Below are positions 21,300 through 30,989 of a stretch of DNA of 64,000 nucleotides, piece after piece. Below the pieces are notes generated by a model. The model ran no database searches and was not told the origin of the DNA. It worked only from the letters and a program-made list of their open reading frames with translations. The stretch is from assembly GCA_016432365.1 (NCBI GenBank), contig CP066686.1:346906-410905 (forward strand). Direction: 5' to 3'. The position numbers and the translations under genes were made by a program. Positions within the stretch are counted from its first letter, which is position 1. The number at the start of each line of letters is the position of its first letter. Origin of the DNA: Candidatus Woesebacteria bacterium. Its GTDB lineage: Bacteria > Patescibacteriota > Microgenomatia > UBA8517.

Positions 21300-22264
21300 A
21301 ACTTAAGTTATTTGATACAGTTGAAATTATTCCGACCACTCCTTTTGATTTTGATTCAACCTTTCACAAGCCCGATCATTTTACGTCCGGTGATAATCTT
21401 TGGCAAAAGGGAATAAAGTGGCAGACGTGGAACTGTAGGGGGGAATATTTGGGACTCAAATTTGTAAACAAAGGAACTGTGGAAAAACCAAAATTGGGTG
21501 TCAACATTTATTCTAATAAAAAATTGAGCAAGGCATTTGTCGACTCACTTATCGGCGAAATTAAATATAGATACAATCTCAATTTAGATTTAGCAGACTT
21601 TTACAGAACTTTTAACGAAGATAAAATATTAGGACCAATAATTAATAAGTTTAGAGGTATGCGGCCGGGTCATCCGAGTTCCCTTTATGAATATTTGTTG
21701 ATAGGGATAGTTCTTCAAAACGCGACAGTAAGAAGGAGTGTTCAAATGTTTAAAGCCCTTTTAGAAAACTATGGAACATTATTAAAATTCGACGATAAAG
21801 AGCTTTGGTGTTTCTTTAAACCCGGAGCTTTGCAAAAAGCTTCTGAGGAGGAGTTAAGAAGTTTAAAACTTGGTTATAGAGTAAGGTCTATAAAGAGGAT
21901 CGACGACTATTTTGCGCAAGGGTTAATGGACGAAATGGTATTAAGAAAAAATGATAGAGAAACACAGAGGACAGAACTATTAAAATTGTATGGTGTTGGC
22001 CCAGCCACCGTCTGGTATCTGCTTTTTGATGTTTTTCATCATTGGGATTTTTTTAACCATGTCTCTCCATGGGAACAAAAAATATATTCTAAAGTTTTCT
22101 TCGATGTAGATCCCGAGAGTCCCGTGCCGGTTGAAAAGATATTAAAGCACTTTGAAAAATTCGGAGATTATAAACAACTGGCAGTTCACTATATTTGGGA
22201 GGATTTGTGGTGGAAAAGAAAAAACAAGAACATTCCTTGGTTAGAAAAACAGATAAGAATATAA
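21296..22264 (+). CDS. HhH-GPD DNA glycosylase-like protein
   Basis: LQNAT, LGYR, HhH motif LLKLYGVGPATV. Confidence 0.75.
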   Translation: MKLKLFDTVEIIPTTPFDFDSTFHKPDHFTSGDNLWQKGIKWQTWNCRGEYLGLKFVNKGTVEKPKLGVNIYSNKKLSKAFVDSLIGEIKYRYNLNLDLADFYRTFNEDKILGPIINKFRGMRPGHPSSLYEYLLIGIVLQNATVRRSVQMFKALLENYGTLLKFDDKELWCFFKPGALQKASEEELRSLKLGYRVRSIKRIDDYFAQGLMDEMVLRKNDRETQRTELLKLYGVGPATVWYLLFDVFHHWDFFNHVSPWEQKIYSKVFFDVDPESPVPVEKILKHFEKFGDYKQLAVHYIWEDLWWKRKNKNIPWLEKQIRI

Positions 22265-22275
22265 TACCCATTGGA

Positions 22276-23136
22276 ATGATAAACAAAAGCAAGACCATTA
22301 AATTAAAGGACGGTAGAAGTCTTGGTTACATTGAATATGGCGACCCAAAAGGAAAACCAGTATTTTTCTTTCATGGTTGGCCGGGGTCAAGATATTCCGG
22401 TAAGGAAACGGACTTGGATGCCAAAAGAATCGGGGTAAGGGTAATTTCTACAGATAGGCCCGGAATTGGATTATCGGATTTTAAAAAAGACAGAAAGCTT
22501 CTCGATTGGCCGGACGATATAGAAGAATTAGCCGATTATCTAAAAATAAAAAAGTTTTCCGTAATGGGTGTTTCCGGTGGCGGGCCATACGTGGCGGTCT
22601 GCGCATATAAAATTCCCAAAAGGATAATTAAAGCAGGGATTGTTGTTGGACTGGCTCCGATTACAAAAAAAAATTTAGAGGGAATGTCATTTCGGGGAAA
22701 TTTGGGTTGGGCTAACTATCATAGATTTCCGTTTCTAAGAACACTTTCGGCACTAAACTCGGAAATTCTCTTTAAGTACATTCCATTTCTTGGACAACTT
22801 CTCGCTTTTCCTACCAAACAAGACCACTTGGCATATGTCGAGGCTGTGAATAATAAAGTAGGCGAGGAATCCGGCGTAAAAGAAGCCTTTAGTCAGGGAA
22901 TAAAAGGACCTGCGGAAGAACTTCGAATTTATACCGATGATTGGGAATTTGATTTAAAAGATATAAAAGCAAAAGTTTACTTATGGTATGGCGCGAAAGA
23001 TAAGTGTGTTTCTTTGAATATGGCCAGGTATTATGAGTCCCGAATTCCAGGAAGCAAGTTGTATATCGATAAAAATGGTGGCCATCTTGCCAGGTACAAA
23101 TTTGAGGATAAAATATTGAAGACTTTAGTAAGTTAG
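22276..23136 (+). CDS. Alpha/beta hydrolase
   Basis: HGWPGS, DRPGIG, GVSGG. Confidence 0.9.
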   Translation: MINKSKTIKLKDGRSLGYIEYGDPKGKPVFFFHGWPGSRYSGKETDLDAKRIGVRVISTDRPGIGLSDFKKDRKLLDWPDDIEELADYLKIKKFSVMGVSGGGPYVAVCAYKIPKRIIKAGIVVGLAPITKKNLEGMSFRGNLGWANYHRFPFLRTLSALNSEILFKYIPFLGQLLAFPTKQDHLAYVEAVNNKVGEESGVKEAFSQGIKGPAEELRIYTDDWEFDLKDIKAKVYLWYGAKDKCVSLNMARYYESRIPGSKLYIDKNGGHLARYKFEDKILKTLVS

Positions 23137-24110
23137 ATTCTTAAGTACTTGTCAATATTGGTCTTGTGTTCTTCGTATGTTTTTGCGCAGTGAATTTGTT
23201 CAAATTTGTCATGCAAATAAAATAAACAATCTGTTTCTTCGGGATTTAAGGCCGCGTCTATTGCATCAATATTCGGACTGCAAATTGGGGTTGGTGGAAG
23301 ACCTTTGGTCCGGTAACTGTTGTATGGAGAGTCACTTCGTTTTTGTTCCAGGCTTATTTTTCCCCACCAGCTTCCGTCTGCCTGTTTACCAAGTGTATAC
23401 TGCATTGTTGCATCAATCTGGAGAGCCATATTTTTATTCAAACGGTTCCAAATAATTCCGGAAATTATTTTCATATCTTCCTTCCCTCCTGCTTCTCGGG
23501 CAATCAATGATGCAATCTTAAGAACCGTTGTCCATTTAATATTTTTTTCATTCGCCTCAGAGGAAAAGGGGGAAAATTTTTCGTTAAAACGATTAATAAA
23601 TCTATTCGCAATTTGCGCGCCATTCTCTTCCCGTGGTATCAAATAGGTGTCGGGGTAATAGACTCCCTCAAAATACTCAGGTTTGGTATTTGTATAAACA
23701 GTATTCCACTTTTCAAGTGTTTCAGGGTCCCAATCAAGAGCTTTTGCCAGTTTTTCCCCGACTTGCTCTTTTCGGGGACAAAAAGAAATCGTGATCCAAG
23801 ATAAATCTTCTTTTGACGTGACCTTTTCCATCACCTGCCAAGCATTCATACTTTGGCTCAATTTATAACCACCGGGGGACGTAAATTTTCCCAATGCAAA
23901 AGTATCCATTAGGAAATTAAAACCAGTTGCGCTTTTTATTAATCCCTCTTTTTCCAATTCTTTTGCAATATCAAAATCAATTTGATCTTGGGGAATTACA
24001 AACACTTGGGTCTGTATAGAGTTCCCAGGTGAGTCAAAATAAACAAACCAGATTATAGAAGCAGAAACTAAAAATAGAAGAATAATGAAAATCACCAGTA
24101 GCTTTCTCAT
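23133..24110 (-). CDS. mltG: Endolytic transglycosylase MltG
   Basis: EGVYYPDTY, ASLIARE, LQIDAT, SPYNSY, GLPPTPI. Confidence 0.92.
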   Translation of the reverse strand: MRKLLVIFIILLFLVSASIIWFVYFDSPGNSIQTQVFVIPQDQIDFDIAKELEKEGLIKSATGFNFLMDTFALGKFTSPGGYKLSQSMNAWQVMEKVTSKEDLSWITISFCPRKEQVGEKLAKALDWDPETLEKWNTVYTNTKPEYFEGVYYPDTYLIPREENGAQIANRFINRFNEKFSPFSSEANEKNIKWTTVLKIASLIAREAGGKEDMKIISGIIWNRLNKNMALQIDATMQYTLGKQADGSWWGKISLEQKRSDSPYNSYRTKGLPPTPICSPNIDAIDAALNPEETDCLFYLHDKFEQIHCAKTYEEHKTNIDKYLRI

Positions 24111-24153
24111 CTTTGTTTGCCCCCCGTATTATAACAGTAGAAAATGCTATGGC

Positions 24154-24777
24154 CTAAATAAATCGGTATAAGACGGCCGGACGATGAGGGACGTTTTTTT
24201 GGATCATGGTCACTTTGCGAATCGTTCCGGAGCTAATAATCTTCTTTCTAAAATTTCTGTTGTCCAGTTTCTTTTTTCCGATAATTTCATGAACAGTCTG
24301 AAGACCGTTGAGCGGAAAATAAGGGGGCATAAACTCTTTAACTATCTGGTTATCCAAATTTTCCTTAAGATATTCCAAAGCTTTTTCTATAATTTCCTTA
24401 TGGTCAAATGCCAGTTTTGGTAAGGTTCCTATTCTTTGAAAATTATCAAAATTGGCCACTTTATCAGGAGAAATTAAAGCAATAAACCCGATAGAAACAA
24501 CTCTGCCTCTGGGGTCGCGGTTGGGCTTAGTGAATGAATAAAATTGTTTTAAAAATACATTTTTCTTACCAAAAATATCTTTAATTTTTCTGGACAGTGT
24601 CTGCTCGGCTGACTCTAGTTTCCTAAGTAGCCCTCCGGGAAGTTCTGACAGATTTTTGTATGGTTCTTTTTCGCGGGAATTCAGGTACACAAGAAGCTCA
24701 CCGTCTTTAATTGTAAGAATGACTGCATTTACAGCAATACTACTCTCCTCATAGCCCGACAAGATTTTTGTCCTCAT
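24154..24777 (-). CDS. nrtR: NrtR-family transcriptional regulator (NUDIX + wHTH), copy 1
   Basis: LPGG, degenerate Nudix box, RDPRGRVVS, LAFDH, DNRNFRKK, RPAVLYRF. Confidence 0.88.
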   Translation of the reverse strand: MRTKILSGYEESSIAVNAVILTIKDGELLVYLNSREKEPYKNLSELPGGLLRKLESAEQTLSRKIKDIFGKKNVFLKQFYSFTKPNRDPRGRVVSIGFIALISPDKVANFDNFQRIGTLPKLAFDHKEIIEKALEYLKENLDNQIVKEFMPPYFPLNGLQTVHEIIGKKKLDNRNFRKKIISSGTIRKVTMIQKNVPHRPAVLYRFI

Positions 24778-24797
24778 TAGAGTTATTGTATCACACC

Positions 24798-24818
24798 TTA
24801 ACGTAAAAATCACGTATT
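24798..24818. promoter_or_regulatory. NrtR operator
   Basis: TTAACGT-AAAAATC-ACGTATT, GT-N7-AC core. Confidence 0.7.
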
Positions 24819-24852
24819 GATTTAAATTGGTTTAGTTTTACAATCGTCATGC

Positions 24853-24873
24853 TTAGCGTTATTAATACGTTAA
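24853..24873. promoter_or_regulatory. NrtR operator
   Basis: TTAGCGT-TATTAAT-ACGTTAA. Confidence 0.75.
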
Positions 24874-24894
24874 GAATGGAAAGGGGGTGAAAAT

Positions 24895-25221
24895 ATGTCG
24901 CCAGAAAGAATCAAACCAATAAGTCAAAAAGAAGTTGCCAACGAAAAACAAAGGCTGTTCCCGAATGAAGTTTTCGAAGCATTTAACGAGATGATCATTC
25001 AAAATGCCGGGGGAGGTGGTGGACAAATATCTGTCGATCAGGGGGAAGTGGTAAAACTGATGGTAAAAAAAGGCCTGAATCGTGATCAAATATTCAAAAA
25101 CGGTTGGCTGGATGTAGAAGATGTTTACAGAAAAGCAGGTTGGAAAGTAGAATACGATAAACCGGCTTACAACGAAGACTACTCAGCCTACTTTATATTT
25201 AGCCGGTCAGATAAAGGTTAA
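24895..25221 (+). CDS. Conserved hypothetical protein (108 aa)
   Basis: GGGGG RBS; WLDVEDVYRKAGWKVEYDKP motif. Confidence 0.85.
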   Translation: MSPERIKPISQKEVANEKQRLFPNEVFEAFNEMIIQNAGGGGGQISVDQGEVVKLMVKKGLNRDQIFKNGWLDVEDVYRKAGWKVEYDKPAYNEDYSAYFIFSRSDKG

Positions 25222-25233
25222 GTTCAGTACGGG

Positions 25234-25866
25234 TCAAGCGGCCGCTGGCCCAGCAATGTAGCTACGCACCTTATCGTAAACGGATTCAACCGGATCGTTT
25301 GCGTCGATTTCGACAACATTCCAATTGGGGTGATTTCTAATTATTCTCAATCTTTCGTCAAGTTGGTTGTAAAATTTATCTAGCCGGCTCTTTAGCGCGT
25401 CTTCGGTGTCGTCACTTCTTTTTCTGGCATTTTTCCCAGTTACCAGTCTTTCGAAACAAACTTCAATGGGTATATTTAAATAAATTATTGTTATGGGAAG
25501 GTCCCTTCCTGCTTTTTCTAAAGTTGCCTTAAATTCTCGGGTCTCTTCGACAGTGCGAAAACCACCGTCTAGGATAAAACCATTTTCAGTGTCTTCGCGG
25601 CTAAATCTGTCGCTCATAATTTCGAGGAGTAAATCACCGGCCAGGTATGTATGTTCGGAAAACATTACTCTGCACGCTTCACCCAGTCTTCCGGGATCAT
25701 TGGCTGCATATTCACGAAGGGTGTCCCCGGTAGTTAAGTATGGCTTACCGGATTCAGAAGATAGTAGATTTGCAATTGTAGTTTTTCCCGATCCTTCAGG
25801 GCCAATGAAAGATATTATTCTTTTCCCGATGTTGATTCTCTCCTGTCCAAAATCAATCTCTTTCAT
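25234..25866 (-). CDS. Adenylate kinase family protein
   Basis: GPEGSGKTT, TGDTLR, FILDGGFR, RSDD. Confidence 0.88.
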   Translation of the reverse strand: MKEIDFGQERINIGKRIISFIGPEGSGKTTIANLLSSESGKPYLTTGDTLREYAANDPGRLGEACRVMFSEHTYLAGDLLLEIMSDRFSREDTENGFILDGGFRTVEETREFKATLEKAGRDLPITIIYLNIPIEVCFERLVTGKNARKRSDDTEDALKSRLDKFYNQLDERLRIIRNHPNWNVVEIDANDPVESVYDKVRSYIAGPAAA

Positions 25867-25957
25867 GAAGTGATATTATGATTGGAGCAAATAAAAAACA
25901 AGAGGCTTGTCTAAGTTCTTTTATGTCCAACTGAGGAGGGCCAAGACAATTTGGAGA

Positions 25958-26722
25958 CTACAATGAAGGAACCTCGTTAATTAAGAAATCAACAAATATT
26001 TTTCCGACAGCTTTATTTGCCCTGATATTTGGATGGGAGTCAACTGGGATTAGACTGCAATATTCTCTTTTCAACATATTTGTATTCTTTCCTGTTTTAT
26101 CAGCCAGCAGATCAAAAAAGTTAAATACCGCCAGGTTCTTTTGTTTCTGACTTGCAAGCCAGACTGATAATTCTCTTGCATTCTCGGCCCATTCCGGTTT
26201 TGTAACCTCGTGTCGTAGTGGGGGCGGCGTAAAGATAACAAACTTGTTTGGAAATCTTGAAAGCCCCTGAATTATTAGTGAATAATATCTTTTATATTCC
26301 TCCAGTTTTTCTTTAGTTTCTATTTTTGATGTTGGAAAACAATTTTTAAAAATTACAATATCAAATTTTAAAATGTTCCCTAAAGTAAAATCTTCCGGAC
26401 TTCTGTTAAATATATCTGCGTATTCTTTGGGGGAGTTGTTGCTGATTACTATTTTAAAATCTTTTCCGACCATTTTACCTCGCCCATCCGTAAGTCCTGT
26501 CCTAAAAGTAAAGCGACCCAATATTTTAGACAAAAGAAACGACGGGTAAAGGTCGTAACCGTGATCCCAAAACTCAATATTGGGAGCAACCTTTTTTAAC
26601 AATTTTCGAATTTTTCCAAAGTAGATTAGAAGACCGCCGGTTGAATGATGGATAAAAAGTACTCTAATTCTATTCGTCACAAATGAAGTATAAATCAAAT
26701 TAGAAGAATTGTGATATGCCAA
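25958..26722 (-). CDS. Hypothetical protein (SGNH-like fold possible)
   Basis: FIHHSTG, FKNCFP, DSHPN; true start probably about 40 nt downstream. Confidence 0.7.
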   Translation of the reverse strand: MAYHNSSNLIYTSFVTNRIRVLFIHHSTGGLLIYFGKIRKLLKKVAPNIEFWDHGYDLYPSFLLSKILGRFTFRTGLTDGRGKMVGKDFKIVISNNSPKEYADIFNRSPEDFTLGNILKFDIVIFKNCFPTSKIETKEKLEEYKRYYSLIIQGLSRFPNKFVIFTPPPLRHEVTKPEWAENARELSVWLASQKQKNLAVFNFFDLLADKTGKNTNMLKREYCSLIPVDSHPNIRANKAVGKIFVDFLINEVPSL

Positions 26723-26757
26723 TTCCGCAGTAGTACCAAGATGGTATAATTGTGAAC

Positions 26758-27378
26758 ATGGAGTATAAATATATTATTTTTGATTGTTTTGGGACTCTGG
26801 TTTCTGACGACGAGATTAATATAAAAGGCAAGCTTCTAAGAGAAAAGTTATCAGAAACCGAGAATTTAGTCTTTGTGGCACATTGGAGAGATTGGCATAG
26901 AAATAGTTATTTGTTAGAAAAATTTATCGGGGATATTGCAGATACAGGCCTATTTAATGACGAAAAAATAGCGTTAATTAAAGACCGAGTGACTATTGAA
27001 TCCCTCTCATTATATGAGGAAGTTTTACCGACACTAAGGTCTTTAAAAGAAAAAGGCTACAAACTTGCCATCCTTTCAAACGCACCCCCCAGTGTTAAAG
27101 AACTATATAAAAATAAAAAGGATTTAAATGTCTTGATTGAAGAGGTTTTTTGGTCATGTGATTTGGGTTGCGGAAAACCTGAAAAACAGATTTTTAAGGT
27201 AGTAATAGACTCTCTAAAGTGTAAAGCGGATGAGGTTTTGTATGTAGGTGACTCCTATGAAAATGACTACCTGGGAGCTAAAAATGCCGGAATTGATTCA
27301 ATACTTATTGATAGGCAAAAAAGGTTCAACTTAAAAAATAGCATAGAAGACTTATCAGAGCTGATAGATCTGGTGTAG
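26758..27378 (+). CDS. HAD-family hydrolase
   Basis: FDCFGTL, LSN, KP, VGDS..D. Confidence 0.9.
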   Translation: MEYKYIIFDCFGTLVSDDEINIKGKLLREKLSETENLVFVAHWRDWHRNSYLLEKFIGDIADTGLFNDEKIALIKDRVTIESLSLYEEVLPTLRSLKEKGYKLAILSNAPPSVKELYKNKKDLNVLIEEVFWSCDLGCGKPEKQIFKVVIDSLKCKADEVLYVGDSYENDYLGAKNAGIDSILIDRQKRFNLKNSIEDLSELIDLV

Positions 27379-27425
27379 TAGGTTACTTTTGCTTATAGTC
27401 GCATGTTTTGATAGACTTCGCCTTT

Positions 27426-27938
27426 ATGGAACGAATCGGACGGTTGACGGCAATATATATTAGCCCCGAAGCTGGTGATTATGAAAATCCTGTTCCCATG
27501 CAAGAAGTTGACGAGGTAGAAGTTATTGAGACCGGTTTAAAAGGTGATAGGTATTCAAAGGACGGAGGTTTTTGGCAAGTTGCGGATCAAAAAAGACCCC
27601 CAGAGAAAAGAAAACTAAGGGGTGTAAGTGGTTTTTCCAGAGAGGATTTGGAAAAAGGAAATTTATTGAATGATACGAATATTGAACCAATCGACACCAG
27701 AAGAAACTTCGAAATTGAAGGAGTGGGGGATATTCAACAGTTGATTGGAAGAACAATTCAGATTGGTGAAACTGTACAAATTGATTTAACAGGCGATTGT
27801 GATTCTTGTAACCGCCCCTCAAGACTATCCGGTAAATCGGGTTATGAAAAACATGGAAAACTTGGCGGAGTAAGGGGTATGCCTAGAAAAGACAAACTGG
27901 GAGTAGTCAAAAAAGATGACCCCGTCTTTGTTATTTGA
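27426..27938 (+). CDS. MOSC domain protein
   Basis: GLKGDRY, TRRNF, CDSC, GGVRG. Confidence 0.8.
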   Translation: MERIGRLTAIYISPEAGDYENPVPMQEVDEVEVIETGLKGDRYSKDGGFWQVADQKRPPEKRKLRGVSGFSREDLEKGNLLNDTNIEPIDTRRNFEIEGVGDIQQLIGRTIQIGETVQIDLTGDCDSCNRPSRLSGKSGYEKHGKLGGVRGMPRKDKLGVVKKDDPVFVI

Positions 27939-28029
27939 ACTTTTTGCATTCAACTTTATCCATCTGGATACACAAAACCAATCTCTTAAAGATAACTTTT
28001 TAAGAGTGAAAAGCCACCAATGTGATGTT

Positions 28030-28122
28030 TATATCATCTGCTTCTCCCATTTCTTCCCCGGCTTTAATTAGATCTACCATTTTCCGAGGAATTAAAAATG
28101 AACCAGTCCGGCCCTTACTTTT
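28030..28122 (-). pseudogene. Fragment of a YjjX-like inosine/xanthosine triphosphatase
   Basis: Reverse strand reads KSKGRTGSFLIPRKMVDLIKAGEEMGEADDI with no intact ORF around it. Confidence 0.6.
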
Positions 28123-28204
28123 ACGAAGTTTTGTGAGTTGTTAGCGATAAGCAATTAGTCCTTGGATCGTTTGGACTTACAGTCGTTAGCGGGTGTGTTA
28201 GATC

Positions 28205-28894
28205 TTATTGTGTGAAGTCGAAAGTAGAGAGGATTTGAGAAAACTCTTTCCACTCGGAAGTTTTCTTTAGTTCTTCATAGCTTTTTGTGTTCCAAAACAA
28301 GAGATGCATATAAATAATCCGGTCTTTTTCTGGATAGGCTACGAAAGTGTTGATCTCGGGAACGTCGGTTGGTCCTAAATCCTCAGTCGCTTTATACTGT
28401 TCTGTTGTAAGGCCTCCAATCACGATATCAGACACGTCCATTTTCTTAGCTGTTTCGTTGAGAAGGTTTTTTAAAAATTCACCCCTCTCTTGATAGTTGT
28501 TTGATCCCTGTCTCTTTGAATAAACAGCGAAATCAATTTTTATAGCAGGTTTGTCTCCAAGATATTTTGCCCAATCAACCAATCCGTGATTCATGTATTT
28601 CTCGACTTCGGTTGGTGAGTAATTCTGCAAACTGTTTGAACCAAATAGAATTTCTGGATCTTTCTCGTTAAACATTTGTATGCTCCATGTCTTTGGGTAT
28701 TTAAATGAGTAATTAAAAACCGAGCTCGCATACGTTTCCCAACCGGCCGTTAAATCATCTGTAGGTTTTGTAGTGGGTGTCACTCTTAGAGTTTGTAAAA
28801 TATCACTTTTATTTGTTACAAAATAATATGAACCACAGAGTGCAACAAATATAAAAAGAACAATTAAAACAGTGGAAAAACCTTTTTGTATCAT
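28205..28894 (-). CDS. Hypothetical surface protein (PsbP-like YP..W motif)
   Basis: QKGF plus hydrophobic N-terminus; WETY..YSFKYPKTW; QILSTF. Confidence 0.75.
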   Translation of the reverse strand: MIQKGFSTVLIVLFIFVALCGSYYFVTNKSDILQTLRVTPTTKPTDDLTAGWETYASSVFNYSFKYPKTWSIQMFNEKDPEILFGSNSLQNYSPTEVEKYMNHGLVDWAKYLGDKPAIKIDFAVYSKRQGSNNYQERGEFLKNLLNETAKKMDVSDIVIGGLTTEQYKATEDLGPTDVPEINTFVAYPEKDRIIYMHLLFWNTKSYEELKKTSEWKEFSQILSTFDFTQ

Positions 28895-29026
28895 AATTTA
28901 GTATCTATTATTTATGCCAACAAAACAAGTTTTTAATTGTCGGGTAGTAGAGTCGTGGGCCGTTCGGACCCATAACTAATTCATCATATTAATTCAGTTG
29001 GTGGTTGTCTATACTTAACAAACAAT

Positions 29027-29425
29027 ATGTTTCTAAAGCTTTATCTCATCGCATTCCCTATTTTTTTGGCAATCGATATGGTTTGGTTAACATTAATTGC
29101 CAAGAATTTTTATGCCAAACATATTGGGTATTTAATGGCTAAAAATCCCAATCTCTTTGCCGCACTGATCTTTTATCTCATTTTTATTGCGGGACTGGTA
29201 TTTTTTGTAATTACTCCGGCACTTGATAAAAAAATGTGGACACAGGCTCTTTTGGCAGGCGCCTTTTTTGGCTTAGTGACCTATGCAACTTATGATCTTA
29301 CAAACCTGGCAACTGTAAAAGATTGGCCGCTTATTATTACAATTGTTGATTTGATTTGGGGGATGGTACTCTCTGCATCAGTTTCTGTAATAACATACTT
29401 TATAGCTATTAAATTTGGACTATAA
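29027..29425 (+). CDS. DUF2177 membrane protein
   Basis: DMVWL, YATYDLTNLAT, DLIWG. Confidence 0.9.
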   Translation: MFLKLYLIAFPIFLAIDMVWLTLIAKNFYAKHIGYLMAKNPNLFAALIFYLIFIAGLVFFVITPALDKKMWTQALLAGAFFGLVTYATYDLTNLATVKDWPLIITIVDLIWGMVLSASVSVITYFIAIKFGL

Positions 29426-29485
29426 CAAACTCAAAAAAATGTTTGATTTTTGAGTTTGATATATAGGAATACCATAAATTTACCT

Positions 29486-29514
29486 AACAACATGTCAATA
29501 AGTGACATGTTGTT
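29486..29514. promoter_or_regulatory. Perfect 12-bp inverted repeat, operator-like
   Basis: AACAACATGTCA-ataag-TGACATGTTGTT just upstream of the ORF at 29528. Confidence 0.55.
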
Positions 29515-29527
29515 TTAATATGACTAT

Positions 29528-29749
29528 ATGAATTATTACTTCGTTCTTACCCTTTCACTTCTTGGGTATATGACCGTCTGGTTTATTATTTCTGTTATCA
29601 AAAAGAGGAATGACGTTGCGGATATTGCTTGGGGATTGTGGTTTGTACTTATGGCTTGGCTCTCGTTTTTAATTTCCGGTTTTCTATTAAAGCGGTTTTG
29701 GTCAATATTTTGGTACCATTTATACCCTTACTCCCCAAGAAACCGTTGA
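29528..29749 (+). pseudogene. Truncated DUF1295 (steroid 5-alpha-reductase-like) gene
   Basis: KRNDVADIAWG N-terminal signature; ends at 73 aa next to an att-like site. Confidence 0.7.
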
Positions 29750-29770
29750 AGGTCACTTAGTGTCCAGTCT

Positions 29771-29846
29771 TGCTGGGGAACAGGGATTTGTGTCAAATTA
29801 TCTTCCCGAGCACTATCAAATCACATGACCGTAGCAAGCGGGTGCG
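29771..29846 (-). repeat. tRNA-trailer element plus degenerate tRNA-Gln 3' end (distal copy)
   Basis: ..GTGATTTGATAGTGCT..TTTGACA|CAAATCCCTGTTCCCCAGC. Confidence 0.75.
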
Positions 29847-29889
29847 ATCTGGATATTGTTGACGTCTTACAAGCTCCTATCAAGAAAAG

Positions 29890-30609
29890 CTAGATTGAAA
29901 GGAAATCCAGTATTTTGGAGAAGGTAGATTGGTCAACTGCAAGGACTTGTCCCGTTTGGGTTGAAACAACCAGGCTTTTTGGGACAGATACATCAAAAAC
30001 GCCTAATAATTTTTCGTGCTTGGTTCCTTCAATGTTGTATGTCAAACTGCCGTCGTCTTGAGTCTCGATACGAACACTTGATGTAGAGTTGACTATCCCG
30101 GCGGCGAGCATGTTATCAGCTGCCTCTTGCGGCAAAACAGCAACCATGCGGCTTCCGGTTGGGCTAGTTACGGTTAACTCTCTTGTGACAGGATTAACCG
30201 ATAACGGGAAGTTGCTTTCAACACTAAACTTTGTTCCCTCCTGTTGAAACTCGAATTTGTTCTTGCCACTTCTGATTTTAATTTTTGATTCGCTTGTACC
30301 TTCTTTGACCTCAAATTCACTCTCTCCCTCAAACTCCTCCGGCTCGGGCGTTTCCTCCGGTTCAGGGGTTTCCTCCGGTTCAGGGGTTTCATTTTTCTCA
30401 TCCTCCTTCTCATCTTTGGTTTCGGTTTGCCCAGAAGTTCCTGAATCCTCACCTTTATTATCTGACTCGCTAAGCACATTTTCTGAGACAGACTGAGAAT
30501 TCCCGCTCTGGCTATAAACGGCAAAACCGGAAACCATCACAAATACAATAATAAGAAGTGGTAAAACAGAAACAAATCCCAAAATGTTTTTATTAGACAG
30601 CTTTTTCAT
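29890..30609 (-). CDS. Hypothetical secreted protein with ETPEPE repeats
   Basis: TM segment, acidic linker with three 18-bp repeats. Confidence 0.8.
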   Translation of the reverse strand: MKKLSNKNILGFVSVLPLLIIVFVMVSGFAVYSQSGNSQSVSENVLSESDNKGEDSGTSGQTETKDEKEDEKNETPEPEETPEPEETPEPEEFEGESEFEVKEGTSESKIKIRSGKNKFEFQQEGTKFSVESNFPLSVNPVTRELTVTSPTGSRMVAVLPQEAADNMLAAGIVNSTSSVRIETQDDGSLTYNIEGTKHEKLLGVFDVSVPKSLVVSTQTGQVLAVDQSTFSKILDFLSI

Positions 30610-30700
30610 TAATAAATAAAACTAGCACAGAATAATTAAATCTGTCAATCTGTGGTTTGGGAATATTTTAACAACAAACCTTATCTGCCTAATACTTACC

Positions 30701-30784
30701 TGCTGGGGGACGGGGATTTGTGCGCATAACATACAATTCCCTAATTAGCGCTATTAAATCACCGATACCAGCGAACGAAGTGGG
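30701..30784 (-). repeat. tRNA-trailer element plus degenerate tRNA-Gln 3' end (proximal copy)
   Basis: CCCACTTCGTTCG..GTGATTTAATAGCGCT..TGCGCA|CAAATCCCCGTCCCCCAGC. Confidence 0.8.
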
Positions 30785-30855
30785 CTGGGGAGCAGGGATT
30801 TGAACCCCAATAGGCAGATCCAGAATCTGCAGTCCTACCATTAGACGACTCCCCA
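30785..30855 (-). tRNA. tRNA-Gln(CUG)
   Basis: Cloverleaf: TGGGGAG/CTCCCCA acceptor stem, GCAGA-TTCTGGA-TCTGC anticodon arm, GTTCAAATC. Confidence 0.95.
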
Positions 30856-30947
30856 TCGTCGAAACTGGTTTCGCTGTCGGTTTACAGCTTACGCCTAAAC
30901 CTTATCGCTCCACCGTTTCTCCTCTCAAAATTCTCGAAGAATTTTGT
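30856..30947 (-). ncRNA. Conserved structured tRNA 5'-leader element (copy 1)
   Basis: Colinear homolog of 46438-46530 with compensatory stem changes. Confidence 0.7.
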
Positions 30948-30989
30948 ACTGAGGACAAAAGGTCCAACAGTAAGGCTATTATACCATCC

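Noticed and set aside
28938-28975. Fourth tRNA 3'-end remnant (CACGACTCTACTACCCGACA plus hairpin)
   Set aside because: It does not match either tRNA in the window and lacks the trailer motif; too weak.
19744-29425. Prophage or defence island
   Set aside because: The region holds mixed small accessory enzymes, with no phage structural, integrase or recognised defence genes.
29486-29514. Additional NrtR box
   Set aside because: The spacing is GT-N9-AC with different arms; more likely another regulator's operator.
30330-30395. CRISPR-like repeats (also 33825-33875)
   Set aside because: These are 18-bp coding repeats (ETPEPE/ESPEPS) with no spacers and no cas genes.
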